NCBI GenBank assembly: GCA_013239625.1
Contig: MU055600.1
Location: 8,806,738-8,870,737, forward strand
Source of the DNA: Lama guanicoe
Taxonomy: Eukaryota
DNA: 64,000 nucleotides
Reading direction: 5' to 3'
In this document: piece by piece, positions 48,451 to 61,974 of the stretch
Position numbering within the stretch: the first letter of the stretch is position 1
Layout: the number at the start of each line of letters is the position of its first letter
Made by a program: the position numbers and the translations under genes
The notes under the pieces: model-generated
The model's input: only the letters and a program-made list of their open reading frames with translations
Told to the model about the DNA's origin: nothing
The model's database searches: none

Positions 48451-51187
48451 TGAAGCCGAGAGCTTCGTATGTATTGGAGAGTTGAAAGAAACAGCAGTTA
48501 GGAGACCAACAGTCCTTCGTTCTCGGTGCTGTTTTTTTGTTTGTTGTTTTGTTCTTTTTTTCAATTGTTGCTGTTTGAAGTAAACCTCCTGAATGGGGAG
48601 ACGTTTTGAAGAGTTTATGAGGAGTTGGGGATGAAGCTCATTTGCTTGGCAATCTTCATCTGGGGCCTTGGGGAAAAGTAAAACAAAAAAATAAATGTAT
48701 TTATCTGAGGTGAGTCTTCCTTTTGGGAAATCTGTCTTGTACCCTAGGGCTCATCACTAGCACTCGGTATCTGGGTAGAAGCCAAACTGTGGATTCAGAG
48801 TCCTGTCTGGTTTAACTATCATCTCTGGTTCCGTTTGTTTGCATCTGAATGCAATTAGAACTTTCTAGGGCCTCTTGTTATGGATAGAAATCCTTAGACA
48901 GTTTTTCTTTTCCTTCCATATTGAATAAAGCTGACTCTGCTAACTTTAAAAATACATGGGCACTTGGAAATGGCCAGTCCAAAGGGTGAATGTTAAGAGA
49001 GTAATCCAGGCTAAGCCACTGCACGAAAGGGAACACTCCTCTCTTTACAACGGGATAGGTCATGTACTCACAGTCATTCCACAAACACTGATTTCTTACC
49101 ACTCTTGTTTTCAGAGTAGCTCTCATCCGACTGAAAAAAAAAAAAATGTCCTCAGAGGTTATAATTAAGTTAGCTAAGTTCTAGAATTCTTGCTCCTGGG
49201 GAATCCTGTAGGCTTAAGGCTGTTGGAGAAGTGGAATAAGCACTTTGACCTTCATTCTATTTTTTGTTGACTTTGGACCAAAAAAAAAAAAATGAAGCCC
49301 CAGTATCTTCATCTTGAATCTGTAAGCAATTTTGAACTTCTTAGCTGAAAAAGTGCGAGGCAATTGCATATAAAACTAATCATTACCTTATAATGAAATG
49401 GTTCTGCAAATTACTGCTTAATAATACTTGAAGTCATCAAAAAGCTCAAAGATTAATTACCATGTAACTGGCAGTGTTAAGAACAGGAAATTAAGGTTCC
49501 AATGAAGAACAGAAAAAATATCTACATATTTACCCGGGTATAGAATGCAGCTTAATACATTCAGGTACATGGGCTTCTTAAAATAGCAGATTCCTTTTGA
49601 GAACATCAAGTAATTTTTCATTATTCTTATTTCTCGTCACATAGTAACCAACATCATGCTTGTTTACTAATCTGCCTCTGATGGGCCGTTTCTCTTTAGC
49701 AAACACCTGCACCATCACGAAATAATTCAAATGATGTCATTTGATAAAATATGATTGTTTTCTGTCATGGATTCTGGCAATTAATAGGCACGTGTTATTT
49801 GTACATATTATTTTGGGACATTTTTCATGGGCCTTCGGTAGCAAAAAAGTATGCCACAGAACTACAAAATCTTTGAAACCTCGTAGAGACCTTTGAGTCT
49901 ATTGGTGTACTGTTTGAATCAAGGATTTTTAAACTTTTTTTTGTTTTATCTTACTATCCTTTCTATATCTTTGCACATAGTGCACTCTTGAAGATGAGCG
50001 ATTAGATAGGGTCAGTATTTATTTCCTTTAAGAACTTCTAGGGCAGAGAAACACCTGAAGTCTGGACCCTGGGAACATCCCTTCCACACGTGTATTTGGC
50101 ATTCAGAACTTTCCCTCAGGTATTAGACTACCCCATTCTCCCTCCGCTTAACCAGTTTAAAAGTCTGGCTTAGAAAACTGGCCTCTTACATTTTTAGGGG
50201 ATTTGCAAGAAGTGAGACATAATGTAAAAAGTGAATTTGGCAAGCTGAGGCAGGTTCAAGCAGGAGCCATATGCTAGCTACCACCGCCTGGCAAGCTGCT
50301 CTCAGAACACATTTGGCATGCTGTCCACCCCATTTGAAAATATTTGCTCTACAGTTACCTGGCTGATTGTATCAAAAAAGGTCACTTACAAAGAGAGAAA
50401 TGGAATGTAAGGGAATCGGGGCGGGATGGCTGGTCAGAAGGAGAGAACTGAAGGATCTGATGGGAGACAATAACTTTTTATCAGAAGCAGCCCTTGCTGA
50501 ATTAGGTTATAGAGGTGACGTTTAAAGGGGCATGGCAAGCCAAATGCCATCTAAAGATTAGTGTCAGGAGCTTTTTTTAAAGCAAACTTCTCCAACAAAG
50601 GGCCATTGAGTGTGATGTCTCTTCCTGGAATGTGCTTGTCTCCAGGCAAAAGAACTAGAATTTTTACATGTAATGATTCTTTGGGGCCCATCCTCAAAGG
50701 GACCCTCACGTTCGCCGTCTCCCAGCTTCAAAGGTTGCTTCTTCCTGTGGTAACAACCATCCTGGGTCTCTTAGTCCTGTTAAGTTCCTTTTCTAAATTC
50801 TACCTGGGAGCAAAACTCTTTCTTGGAAAAATCTTGGAAGAAGCAGAAAGGAAAAGAAATAAGCATTTTTTCTTCCCTCCTTAGCTTAAAGCCATTAATT
50901 ATTTCCCCTTAGTTACATAAGCGTAGACAGAAGCGTTTTATAAACCATCATAAATTAACTCATATCCTGCTATTCTGAATGGCTACCGTGTTGCTTCCTG
51001 ACGAGCCATGTCTAGCTTATTTGCTCTGCCTGCGGACACTGGTACCCATGAATATCATGTCGTGCTTTGTCTTCCACTGAAAGATATTTTCCTCTTCTAA
51101 CACCTCTCACAATGGAAGACACTACATTCTCAAAAACATTTCCTGCATATACCTGTATCTCTTTTTACACCTATCTTTTTATTGTTT

Positions 51188-51262
51188 CTATCTATCGATC
51201 AATTGATCGATCTATCTATCATCTTTTTATCTATCTATCTATCTATCTTTTTATCTGTCTAT
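51188..51262 (+). repeat. (TCTA)n / GATA-type tetranucleotide repeat, degenerate
   Basis: tctatctatc...tctatctatcatc..ctatctatctatctatc..atctgtctatcc. Confidence 0.85.
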
Positions 51263-52394
51263 CCAGATTTTTTAAAAAATCTTCATCATGGAGGTCTCTC
51301 ATCACAGCAGAAATTTCAAGTCTCCACCAGTACAGGTCAGATGACGAGTTGGTGGCTGTATGCTTCAAGCAGTTGAAGTGCTCCAGGAAAAACAAAAAGA
51401 ACCAATAAATAGAAAGATCGTTGGGTTGTTATTCTGTGTGGCTCTGGGGAGAGCCACAGAGGAACCTCAAAATCCTAGAGGCTTAAAGGAAATGAGACTC
51501 GAAATCTGGTCCGTTTATGCTAAAGACGAGAGATGTTTAAGCCCTGCCTGCCGACAAGGCATGGATGGGATTAAGCTTTGGAAGAATTAAGCTTTATTTC
51601 CTTTGGAGATTAAACAGCTCCCTAGATGGTGGGAATAAATCCTGAAAACATTTTTGATGATAGAGAGGGATTTAAAATTGTTGTGCCCTTTTTTGTGCCT
51701 GTTGAGGGACACTAACACCACTAAGTTTACGAGTCCCTTGGGATGGTTCCCTAGAGGGAACCAGTGGGCAGCATGTTGATTTGTTTGCTTGTTCCCTTTT
51801 GTTTTTTGCTTTTTCAGGTTCAGTTCGCGAGCTCTCAACCTTGATTTCTTTTTTTTTTCTTTGGCTTGGGACTACTATTCCTATTCTCAAATTAATCAGA
51901 TGCTTTTTGAGTGAGCTTTTCAAATCTTTCAATATTCAATAGGCAGAAATTCATGATGGCAGAGGCTACATCTATTAATTCATCCTTGCATCCCGGTTCC
52001 TAGCACGGAGCCTGGCACTTGGCAGGGCCTCGGTAATTTCTCTTGCCTGATGTGCCTTCAGTGGTCAATATCCAGGCTCAGCCACACATCTGTAGCATCT
52101 ATTCCGTAAATCACAAAGTAAAACCATGTTCCAGTGTTAGAGAACCCAGCCTAGAGATACAATTCTACCTGCTTTATCTTAAGTCTAATGTGCCCTTAGC
52201 ACTAAATGTATCAACTCAGCACATGAAAACAAATCGAGATTCAGTTTGCTTATCTAAGTAGGAACTGGGAACATACAGATGGTTGTTCCTGGCCTCAAGT
52301 TGCTCACAGTCTGATGGGAGGGATAGAAATAGAAGCAGATTATCTCAATATTGTGCTATAAATGTAATTCATGGAGCTATCAGACACAGGCTTG

Positions 52395-52600
52395 GTGAGG
52401 ATTAAGCGTAAGCATTTGTAGCAAGACAGGCCTGGGTTTAAATTGCAGCTCAGTCACTCACTAACAATGATACGTTGTGTTGTCCCTTAACCTGTCTGTG
52501 CTCTGAATTCCTCATCTGTAAAAAGGACATAATAAAGCACTTAACACAGGGCTGTCGTAAGGTTTTGGTGATACAAGATATATAAGGTGTTTTTCATTAT
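52395..52600 (+). mobile_element. MIR SINE (L2 fragments adjacent at ~51950-52380)
   Basis: agacaggcctgggtttaaattgcagctc...cttaacctgtctgtgctctgaattcctcatctgtaaaaagg. Confidence 0.8.
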
Positions 52601-53005
52601 ATTTGACAGGCTGTTTGGATTATTGTTAACTGTTACTCCAAAATCAGGGAAAGTTTCCCTAGGGAAGTGAATTTTCTTTTGCATTTGCTTTGTAGGAAAC
52701 CCCAGCCAGATGAAGGGGCAATACGCTGGCAAGGAATTTAGATTTGTTTAACATAATAAGCATCCTATATAGCACTAATACGTCCATCAGTTAATATTTA
52801 TCCTGCGTCGTATCAGAAAAGTTTAGAGGCAACTCCGGCATCTCATGGGCGATTCATTTGAACTGTGAAAGGCCATTGGCATCTTTCTTTTGAGTTTTCT
52901 CTCATCTTTTGGCTATTTGGGATTCACTAAACAAGATGGCAATATTGCTTCCGCTTCTTAGTAAGGAGCAGATTTATTTGTAAATTCTTGAAGGATGGAG
53001 AATGA

Positions 53006-53222
53006 GAAGCGTTCTCAACCAGGGGAGATTGTGCCCTCCAAGAGACGTTTGGCAATGCGTAGGAACATTCTGGGTTGCCACAGCTGGGGAGGGAGGATGG
53101 TGCTGCTGGCATCGAGTGGGTAGAGTCAGGGATGCTGCTAAACATCTTATAATGCACAGGATAGCCCACAGCAAAGAACTGTCTGACCCAGCTCGTCAAT
53201 AGTGCTACAGTTGAGGACCATG
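53006..53222 (+). mobile_element. MER20 hAT-Charlie transposon, near full length
   Basis: gttctcaaccaggggagattgtgccc...tttggcaatg...gctggcatcgagtgggtagagtcagggatgctgctaaacatcttataatgcacagga...gtcaatagtgc. Confidence 0.92.
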
Positions 53223-53524
53223 GGCACAGGGAAAGCGAATGTGGTCTAGTGTTTATAACATCTGTCACCTAATGGTTTCTTGAGGGCATCTCAGGGAAAG
53301 AGAAATAAAGCTACTCCTAAGAAAGTAGTGTCAACTGTGGGCTAGAGGACCAAGAGGCTTAGACAAAGGGAGGGGACAGAAAATTCAGCACTATCAAGTT
53401 TTACTTAATTTTTTGTGTATATAAAATTCATACGAAATATTAAAGGACTGAAAAGAGTCACCATAATTTCTAAAAATGAGTCATTTACATATTAGTGAAT
53501 CTGAGAAAGGGGCAAGGAGACAGG

Positions 53525-53705
53525 TTGCCATCTGTTAAGCACATGTTCTGTGACAAGCTTTAGGTTTATCTCTTGTTCATTAGCATAAAATAAACACCTT
53601 CCGGTCCACGGCATTATCTACCATTTCACAACTGGCTTCCCAAACACACAACTGGTAAATGGTGGAGTCAGAATTTCATGCCGAACATTCTAACCCATTT
53701 CCAAT
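53525..53705 (-). mobile_element. MIR SINE
   Basis: ggcttcccaaacacacaactggtaaatggtggagtcagaatt. Confidence 0.6.
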
Positions 53706-55884
53706 TCACCGTGTTTCCCCTTTTGCTGGTTTCCTGCGTCAAGCGAAGGGTGGAGGCAGGGGACACAAGAAAAAACCCAGATGAAACGTAGTAACGAATA
53801 CAAGAACAACAGCAACAAATCTGGCCTCGGGAAAGATGCAGAACGAAGGGAAGCCAGGCCAAATGCAAATGTTGTGCCTGTGTCCTGATTGCAGCTTAAT
53901 GGGATCTTAAACTGGAACATAGCAATGCCGTTCTCTAGGCTCCAGCCCAAGCCACACCTCAGACCTGGGTCACGCTGTTCTCTCTTGCAGGGAAATAGCT
54001 CCATCACTGTTCCTGCGGAAGGCATCACGGGAACAGGAGGGGGACGTGGAAGAGTGGGGTGGAGGGCCAGATCCTGGGCTCCTATGCCTGCACGGAAGCA
54101 AAGTCCTAGAGGATCTTGGCATCTAGGTACCAAAGCCACTTCGGAGGGGAGGTAGTTAGGTTTTTTAATTTATTTCCAAACCCACTTTGAAAGGATTATT
54201 TTCCAAGCTCACTCTCCACAGAGAAAAGAAGCTCTGGCAGCCAGAAACCATGTATACGAGAAGGGCTCAAAGCTAAAGCAGCAAAAATTTCGATTAGCCA
54301 GCAAGGGGAATGCTGTTGAAGACAGAGCCACTGGGGAGGGAGCGGGGTCCCATGGGAAGGGGCTGAGGGGCTCCCATTGCCAAGCTTCTCGAGTACAGTA
54401 GACAGAATGATGGCAAAGACTCCAGTGGTGTTTTCTGGCCCCAGGAGATAATTGGTGAACTGCACAGAGCTGTCTTACCCACGGGCCAATGACAAATTAT
54501 AACAATCCATTATTTTTACCAAAAAGAAGGAAAAAGAAAGTTTTTTTCCCTCCTCTTTCTCAAAACGAATTTTATGTCTGTAAGGAGCACCAGACAAATA
54601 GATCCCAGAGGCTGAAGTTTTTTATTAACTCACAGGATAGTGACTTCACTGAGCAAAGAGGGGACTGTGGACTGCCTCTGTGAATTCTGCCAGCATCCCT
54701 CAAGACTTAACTTCAAGATCCCAGTCCTTCTGCTTACCTCAGCCCCTGCACAACACCACGGGCATGAGAAGAGAGTTTCTCGGTCTGAGGGCCACTCAGC
54801 ATGTGATCTTCTTTGCTGAACCTGCCAATGAGCTGGTGGAAATGGGTAGGACTCTAACGTGGACACGTGCTCACTAGGGAGCAGGCTGGAAATATATTTC
54901 ATAGAAGACAAAATTAGGAATCGCTTGGAATAATTTTTAGCTCTTACAAAGACATGTAAGAACCTAATATGGCCCCTTGGGTTTGGTGGGACCTGCTCAT
55001 TGATTCTCTCACGGTTCCTGAAGTGCCTATCCCCCACCCCACCCCTCACACGTGTGCACACTCCACTTGCTCTATTTCAAAGGAAAGAAATGCTTCTAAG
55101 TGAAATGCTAATTTTGCTCTAAATGCAGAGGAAAGGCATTAAAAGGTTTCCATAACCAACAATAGCATTGAACCCTTTATAACCCATTTGCAATTCCCCC
55201 AAGTCCATTCACACCCTGCTTGTCCTAATTAGTTCTTGACAGGCACTTCAACTGGGAAAATCAAAACAGCCCATAATGGTGGGGGTGGGGTTAGGGTTCG
55301 GCAACATCCCAAACTCTGGAAACACCACTACAAGGTCTACGTTGACCCTAGAGTCTCCTTCCCCAGAGATTTCTTCCTGCCAAGAACTCATCTGAGCTCA
55401 AGGCTCAGCATATTTATGCCCTGGCTCTACTGACTGGGGGCCTGTTGGGGATTAGAGATTGGAAGGAAGGGTGGGCGGCCTCTGGAAACATGAAGATGTA
55501 CTTCAGAGACTTGGAACCGTATCTTCCTCCAGGACCATACATTGTGGTACCATTTGGTATTCCATGACTCCGATGATGAGAATATAGTCATGGTCTAGGT
55601 CAGTGAGGGTCAAACTGAAACCTGGAGCCATCCTGACCACCTCAGATGGACCTGACCAGGTCAATTTTAAGCAGGCCAGTTGGGGTGGGGTGTGGGGAGC
55701 AACACTCTAAACAAGAGGAGGAAACATGACCTGGGAGAGAAAATTTAGGGAGGCATCTCACTGAAGAAGTGGCCGAGAAAAATTGAAGCTCCCAAAAGAA
55801 GAATCAAGTTGTTAAGACCACATGAAATAGGTGTCCTGGGCCAGCAGATCCCAAGAGGGGCACCTCATGCCATGATGGTGTGAC

Positions 55885-56125
55885 GAAGATAAGGACCCTG
55901 GAGCTGGCTGTATCCGAATCCTCTCTGCTATTTGCTGGCTGTGGGAACTTAAGCAAGTTACTTAACCTTTCTGTGCCTTTTCATCCCTATCTGTAAAATG
56001 GGAATAACAGCATCTCTCTTGGAGGATGGTTGTGAGGACAAACTGAGTTAAATTATATTTAAAAGCACATATAACTGATCTGCCGATGCATGGAAACTAA
56101 TACATGGGCGCATTATTGTTCTATT
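55885..56125 (+). mobile_element. MIR SINE
   Basis: gctggctgtgggaacttaagcaagttacttaacctttctgtgcct..atctgtaaaatgggaataa...ggttgtgagga. Confidence 0.85.
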
Positions 56126-56310
56126 GTTATATTCTCTATTTATTGTACTTTACGTTATTTATATAGCATATAATTTATAGATTTAATTATGTTAATTATA
56201 ATCTATAATTTATGAGGTGTGTTAATTGGTAATTATAATATATTACCATAGATTATATTATAATATTATACACTATATACCATGTATTATATACTGTTCA
56301 TTATTGGTGT
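56125..56310. repeat. AT-rich low-complexity tract
   Basis: Degenerate (TA/TAT)n expansion directly after the MIR tail. Confidence 0.7.
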
Positions 56311-56992
56311 CTATATCTGCATTGCATCTCTGAGGATACATTTATGCCCTCTTTTTCTCAAAATTTGTCATTGCTTTCTATTTTTTCTGAGAAAGATTCC
56401 ACATAATCTGGGTCAAAACTAGCTGTGACAGTTACTTGATAATTCTTCCTAAGTCCCAGTTCTTGAAGTTGAAAATAGGGTTGGGTGAGAATTTAACCAA
56501 AATAGGGTGGTCCAGCCAGCCTGCTCACGCAGTTAACAACTGGGTCCAATAGTGAGAGCTTTAGCCTTGCTAACGGGCACCAGGGTCTGGGACAATTACA
56601 GCACTGGCTGGTTTTTTCTGACAAGTGTCCTTCTGTCTCCGTGTGCCCTACAAATATTATCATTTTCTCTTGAGTTCATAATCGAAAACCAACTGGGGAG
56701 AACTGAGAAGATGTTGCATGTGAAGCACTCAGTACCAGGCACGGTACATAGTAGATGTACCCAAACCATTAATTCTTGTGCTTCTGCTAATGGCCATGGT
56801 GACAGTAGGAGGAGGAGAAGAGGAAGGACAACTATGTTTGCTGTAGTTATTTGTTTCTTTTAAGAGTGGATTTGGAGCCTCCTATAATTTTACTATGTCA
56901 AGCCAAGAGGCCACACAGTCCCCCAGTGTTGTCTACCTCCCTGGGAAGTCCGGAGTATTGTGAAAAGTATGTTGACCATGGGGCCACGGACA

Positions 56993-57062
56993 GTGGGGTG
57001 ACCAGCTGTCCCAGTTTGTCTAGCATGAGAAGGTTCCCAGGATGTAGGGCTTTCAGTGTTTC
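56993..57062. mobile_element. MER81-like hAT-Blackjack fragment
   Basis: ggggtgaccagctgtcccagtttgtc...ggttcccaggatgtagggctttcagtgt. Confidence 0.6.
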
Positions 57063-57289
57063 AGAGTGAATCCTACATAGACGTTCTGAATCACTTTTTC
57101 TTATTGTCATGTGGGGAAAATAAAACCTGGCTGGTAGGACTGATAAGAAACCCTATCTAATAAGAGGTGTTACCCGTTATCAAACAAGAAACTATATATA
57201 AAATATGTGTGATAGAGCAGAAGTAAGACAAACAGTAAAGCACCTTTTCTGCTCCACACCTTCCGCCCTCCAGATAGAGACATCGGAGC

Positions 57290-57430
57290 GTGAAAACAGA
57301 CCCTCGTCCTTGGTCGCTGTGTGAAGCTGCGTGAATCTGCATGAACATGGGCATTTTAGAGCCTCAATTTCATCATCTCTAGAACAATAAAAATAATACT
57401 GACCTTGATTGGTTAGTGGGGAATTTAATG
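57290..57430 (+). mobile_element. MIR fragment
   Basis: gagcctcaatttcatcatctctagaa..aataatactgacct. Confidence 0.6.
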
Positions 57431-58099
57431 AAAAAATATTCCAAGGAGATGACCATTAGGTGATATCTCCTTTCTTCTCTTCCTCAATTCTTTTCTTTTT
57501 GTCAGTGGATTTTCAATCCATGAATCTTGTACAGAATGACCATCTTCAGAAATAAGGCTTCTAAACACTGGGTGACCCATTGTGTTACCTGCCTTTCTCG
57601 GTTGGGAGAATTCCAGACGTGCTGCTTCTCCGGGCCACCCGTGCCCTTCCCGTGGAGAAGACTGTGTGCTCTGAGAAGTACCTGCTCGAGGCTCCACAGA
57701 ACAGCTCTCAGAAACACTGAGGAGCTGGCCAGGATTTTTAACAGCAAGGCGCAGACTTGGTGTAGCAGACAAATTCTTGTTTCTAAATCCCACTGGTCTT
57801 CCTTCATCCTTAATAATGCCCCATAGGAACTGAATGAGGAATATAAATACGGCTATAAACCTATTCCACATGTGCTAAGATGAAAAACTGATTGTTTAAG
57901 TTCAGTTTCATGATTTCTCTTTCCTTCTTTCCTTTTTTTCCCTTCCTTCCTTCTTTCCAACTTTCCCATTGTTTCTTTAGTTGCTTAAATTCTCAACTGA
58001 AATCATAATTTCTTTACCTCTCAATTCTTTTTGACTTCAGTTTTAGTTGTCTCTATCATTTTTTATCGTCAGCAATCATGGAAGAATCTTCTCTTTTTT

Positions 58100-58415
58100 T
58101 CTATGGATAATTCACTCAACAATATACTCAATGAATATTTATGGATCGTCTCCAATTGGGCCAGATACAATGAGAGGTCCTGATGAGGCCAACAAATGTG
58201 TAACCTTAAGTTTCTTTAGTGAATCACTCTTTTCTACTCAAAAACATTATATATGAATACACAGAGAAAGAGAGGCTTATACATACATTGTCTCATTCTA
58301 TTCTCATCCATGTAAGGATTAGGGAAAATAATTAACTTGCCTAAGGTCACCAGCTAGAAAGTAATAGAGTCATGATTCAATCCAAGATCTGTTTCACTAA
58401 AGCGCAATGGTTCAT
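58100..58415 (-). mobile_element. L2 and MIR fragments
   Basis: ttcactcaacaatatactcaatgaatattta, and aacttgcctaaggtcaccagctagaaagtaatagagtcatgattcaatccaag. Confidence 0.6.
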
Positions 58416-59925
58416 TCTAATTTGGGTGTGTGTGAAATAATTCATGTCGGTCTTCTCATTTTTCTCCTTTCAGAACAGGCAACTTGAAAGCTTTAACTAT
58501 TAAGGTCTTCTCTGGACAAAATACGAGATGGAGAGAGTTTTACTTCGATGATTCCTTCTTCCCCAAACAGTCCCTGCCCTCATCATGCCAAAGGTTAACA
58601 CCTTGAGAACTCACCCCTTCCCAATCTACACATGCTCTGAGCCAATGCATAACCAGTATTCTGTTTTTCCTTTTTCTATCAGACTGTGTTTGGTGTTTGT
58701 CCCGTTCCCTTATATTCTTACTCTGAAACTAGCAAATCTGATACCCGGACCCTGTGTGCTAAGTTTGTGAACAGCCATCAGTGCTATTTCATGTTGGCTA
58801 GAATATTCTGGGGGCATTGCCTTAAGCTACGAAAGTAGTGGCTGAGAAAGTCAGGCAGTCCCTGGGAGCTAAGAAAAGAACATGTGGACGTGAAGGATTT
58901 CTAGTCATTCTGGGTCACGTAGGTCTACTTGACTTTACTTAACATGCCCAGTAATCGACAGCCATTTGGTAAACCACAAATTCTCAACGTCCTATTGAAA
59001 TTCAGGCCACCCAGTGATGATTGGGGAATTTCTAAGCGGATGAATAATTGCGAATCTAGCTTTGTGTTTCCTTGGTATGATTTTGTTGTGTGATGTGATG
59101 GATAAAGTCTCTGTTTTAGCAGTAAACTTTTAACAAGTTGAAAGAATAATTACCTCTAACAACAACAACAAAAAATACTTGGAATGGAAACTTTGGGTTC
59201 TAGTTTTTCGGTTTTTTTTTTTCTTTTTTTTTTTTTAAGCCCATGTAAACACTACATTCATTCAGCTCTGGGTTCACTCCACCTTGAAGTGAGAGATTTG
59301 GCAGCCCTGCTGGGTGCGTCTCAAATGAGTTCAAAAGCAGGAAGGTTTTGTAAAAACACACCAGTTCTCCTTTCTTTAGGACTAAGTGCATTTTCAGTCC
59401 TGCTGCAGCAAGTAAGAAAAAGAGAGAAGTCCACGCTACCTGTAATACAATCTTCTTGGGCGTTTGACTCAGAGCTATTCCTTTGGAGTGAGCAGGGGTT
59501 TTTTCATCTGTCTTAGCTACAATACAAGCAAAGGTTTTCTTGCCTGTTGTAGCACACACGGCCTAGAGGGAGTGACAGTTTCACCTTCTCGACTCAGAGA
59601 TATCAGATCGCCCGTCTCTCTCCCCCTGTCGTGCAGTTACCTCTTGTGATCTTTTTTTTTCAACTCTATTAATCAGCACCTTTGAAAGGCCCCATTACCG
59701 AAAATATTTAAAGTGTGACAGGATAATACACTAGGAAATATACTGTGGGGAATGTTATAGTCCTGGCAGGACTAAATGACCTAAAGTCATCTCACTCTCC
59801 AGTGTCGCTTTGATTAATTAGCCCCATTTCTCAGAATTCTCAAGAGCCTAGATTTCTTTGTACTGAAGCTTGTGAATAGCTAGCTCAGAGCAGTTTTTTT
59901 TTTTCTTTCCCTCACTGGTATTCTA

Positions 59926-59947
59926 TTTTTTTTTTTTTTTTTTTTTT
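59926..59947 (+). repeat. Poly(T) run
   Basis: 22 consecutive T. Confidence 0.9.
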
Positions 59948-59984
59948 ATGTCTTCACTCATCAACTCCAGCTCGTCTCTAAAAT

Positions 59985-60620
59985 GTTCATTGGATCAACA
60001 AATATGATTATACTGATGATACATGCTAGACACGGTACGTGGGGCTGGTGAGGACCAAGTTGAGTGATAACCTGGACCTCATCCCAGGCTCTCAGTCTTA
60101 AAAGGGAAATTGATCAGAATGAAGCCTTTTGGACACACAGAGGAGGAACTGCTTAACTTCACCTGCAGTCCCTGAGAAAGCGGGATCTTCAGGGAATGGT
60201 TATGGTTTGCCAAGCAGATGGACCACGGAAGGTTATTTTAAGCAAAGGGGAAGATACTGTGTGCACATATGCAGATAATTCTAGGAGCATTAATTGAAGC
60301 AGAATAGTCTAGTCTTTCCAGAGTGTGTGGGTCAGATGGGGTGTGGAGAAGGATGAGCCTCGGGAGCAGTTAAGTAAAGAAATGTCATCAGTGCTACATC
60401 CAGGAGCTTGGTCTTCATCCTGTGTGTAGTAGGGGACAATGGAAAATGTTTTTGCAGATGTGAGTTTTTCAGAATCACTCTGGTAGAATAAAAGTGTGGG
60501 ATCCAGGGGGAGGGGGGATGAAAGAAGGAGAGAACTGTCATGAGGCTACCGAAAAGTTTAGATTTCAGATAACTAGAGCCGTGGGCCCTGGGGCTGTAGA
60601 CGTGACTGATTCTTCCTGCA
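59985..60620 (-). mobile_element. L2 fragment
   Basis: ttcattggatcaacaaatat...caggagcttggtcttcatcctgtg...ggaaaatgttttt...cagaatcactctgg. Confidence 0.7.
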
Positions 60621-61659
60621 GATACATTTCTCTCTCCCGGTCCTGTAACATTTTCCTTTCATCTGAAGGTAAAATCAACTCTCCATGATGGATAAGTATA
60701 TTCATCTCCATTGGATAAGTATATTCTAATGGCCTTTCTGTGCCCTTTTTAGGTCCTTTATTAAAAAAAAGAAAAAAGCTCTTCAAATTTCTCTTTCATT
60801 TTATTTCAATATACTTGAATATTTAAATGCATGGCGCTTCTGTCAGTCAATAATCGTGGGATAATCTTAGTCCTCTATGATTTTAGTGAGTTTGGTTCCA
60901 AATTCCATGACGTTGCACATATCTGTTGGAGGCACAATAGCAAAAAGAAAGTTATAGGTCTGTATAAGGTGTGGTAACTGTTTTAAGTGAGTCTTTTTAA
61001 ATTAACACAATCATACCTGCCATTGAGCTTGGAAGGAGTTACAGAGGACAGAGACGAAGTTTCTGGTTTAGACTCAGTTTCATCTCTAGCATGCGTATTA
61101 ATTCATATGAATTGGCTTTACCCATGTTCAAGCTCCTTATCCACTCTGAGGCTCGTTACTTTTCAACTGTAGAAGCAGGGGAAATAGCTCTCCTGCTTGC
61201 TTCTCAGGTCAGTCAACATATGGGAGAACACTTTGTAAACTTTAATGTACTCTCAGAGTAAGCGGCTTGGATTACAGTGTCGAAGGGCAAATAGCTAACT
61301 AGTGACAGAGTCAAGATGAAAACTTGGGTCTGCTGACTTCTAGCCTAACCATATGACAATCTGTTCTCTTTTATGTTTAATTAGTTTTCTCTGTCTACCT
61401 CACTCATTTTTGAAAAGAATTTAGTCCAGATGCTTTCTTTTCTCACAGCAGACTAACTTGTCATATAAAATGCACATATACACACACACCAGACACACAC
61501 CTCCCCCCAGACAAACACACACCAGACACACATACTCCTAATTCTAATCACTCTTATTTGGTACTTAGAATAATCCACTCAGGCAGTGGGCAGTCATTTA
61601 CCTTGGAAGAATCTGCAAAGAGGAAAAGGGGTTGTTAAGCTGCTTGCTTAGAATGACTA

Positions 61660-61850
61660 ACAGAATTCTTAACTTGGCTTTGGCATTAGAATCACCCATG
61701 GAGATTTTGTTGTTGTTTTTTTTAAGTTTTGGTGTCCCAGCCCCATCTGAAATCAGGATGTCCTGAATTTCCCTGAGTGATTGAACCCAAAGGCATGGAT
61801 TTAGTTAAACAGCCGGAGGTGATTCTGATGTGCGCTTCAGTCAGACAGCG
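61660..61850. mobile_element. MER5A-like DNA transposon
   Basis: ttcttaacttggct..cattagaatcacccatggag...cccagcccc...ggtgattctgatgtgc. Confidence 0.65.
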
Positions 61851-61974
61851 GGTTCCCGAAGTCTCAGACTTATGCATTCATCCCTCACAATTCATCCCAC
61901 ATTCACATACCTCCTGACTCCCCTTGTGCCTCCCAGCCACTCCTAGCTGCACTGTTGGAACCGGACAGCCAGCA

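Noticed and set aside
48225-48709. Two exon-like segments (48225-48395 and 48581-48709)
   Set aside because: The first is MIR-derived. The second has an AAG acceptor and stops in all three frames despite a strong donor. Both are probable pseudoexons.
58474-58592. Strong acceptor with one open frame
   Set aside because: No credible donor (AAG|gttaac) and the peptide is not recognised.
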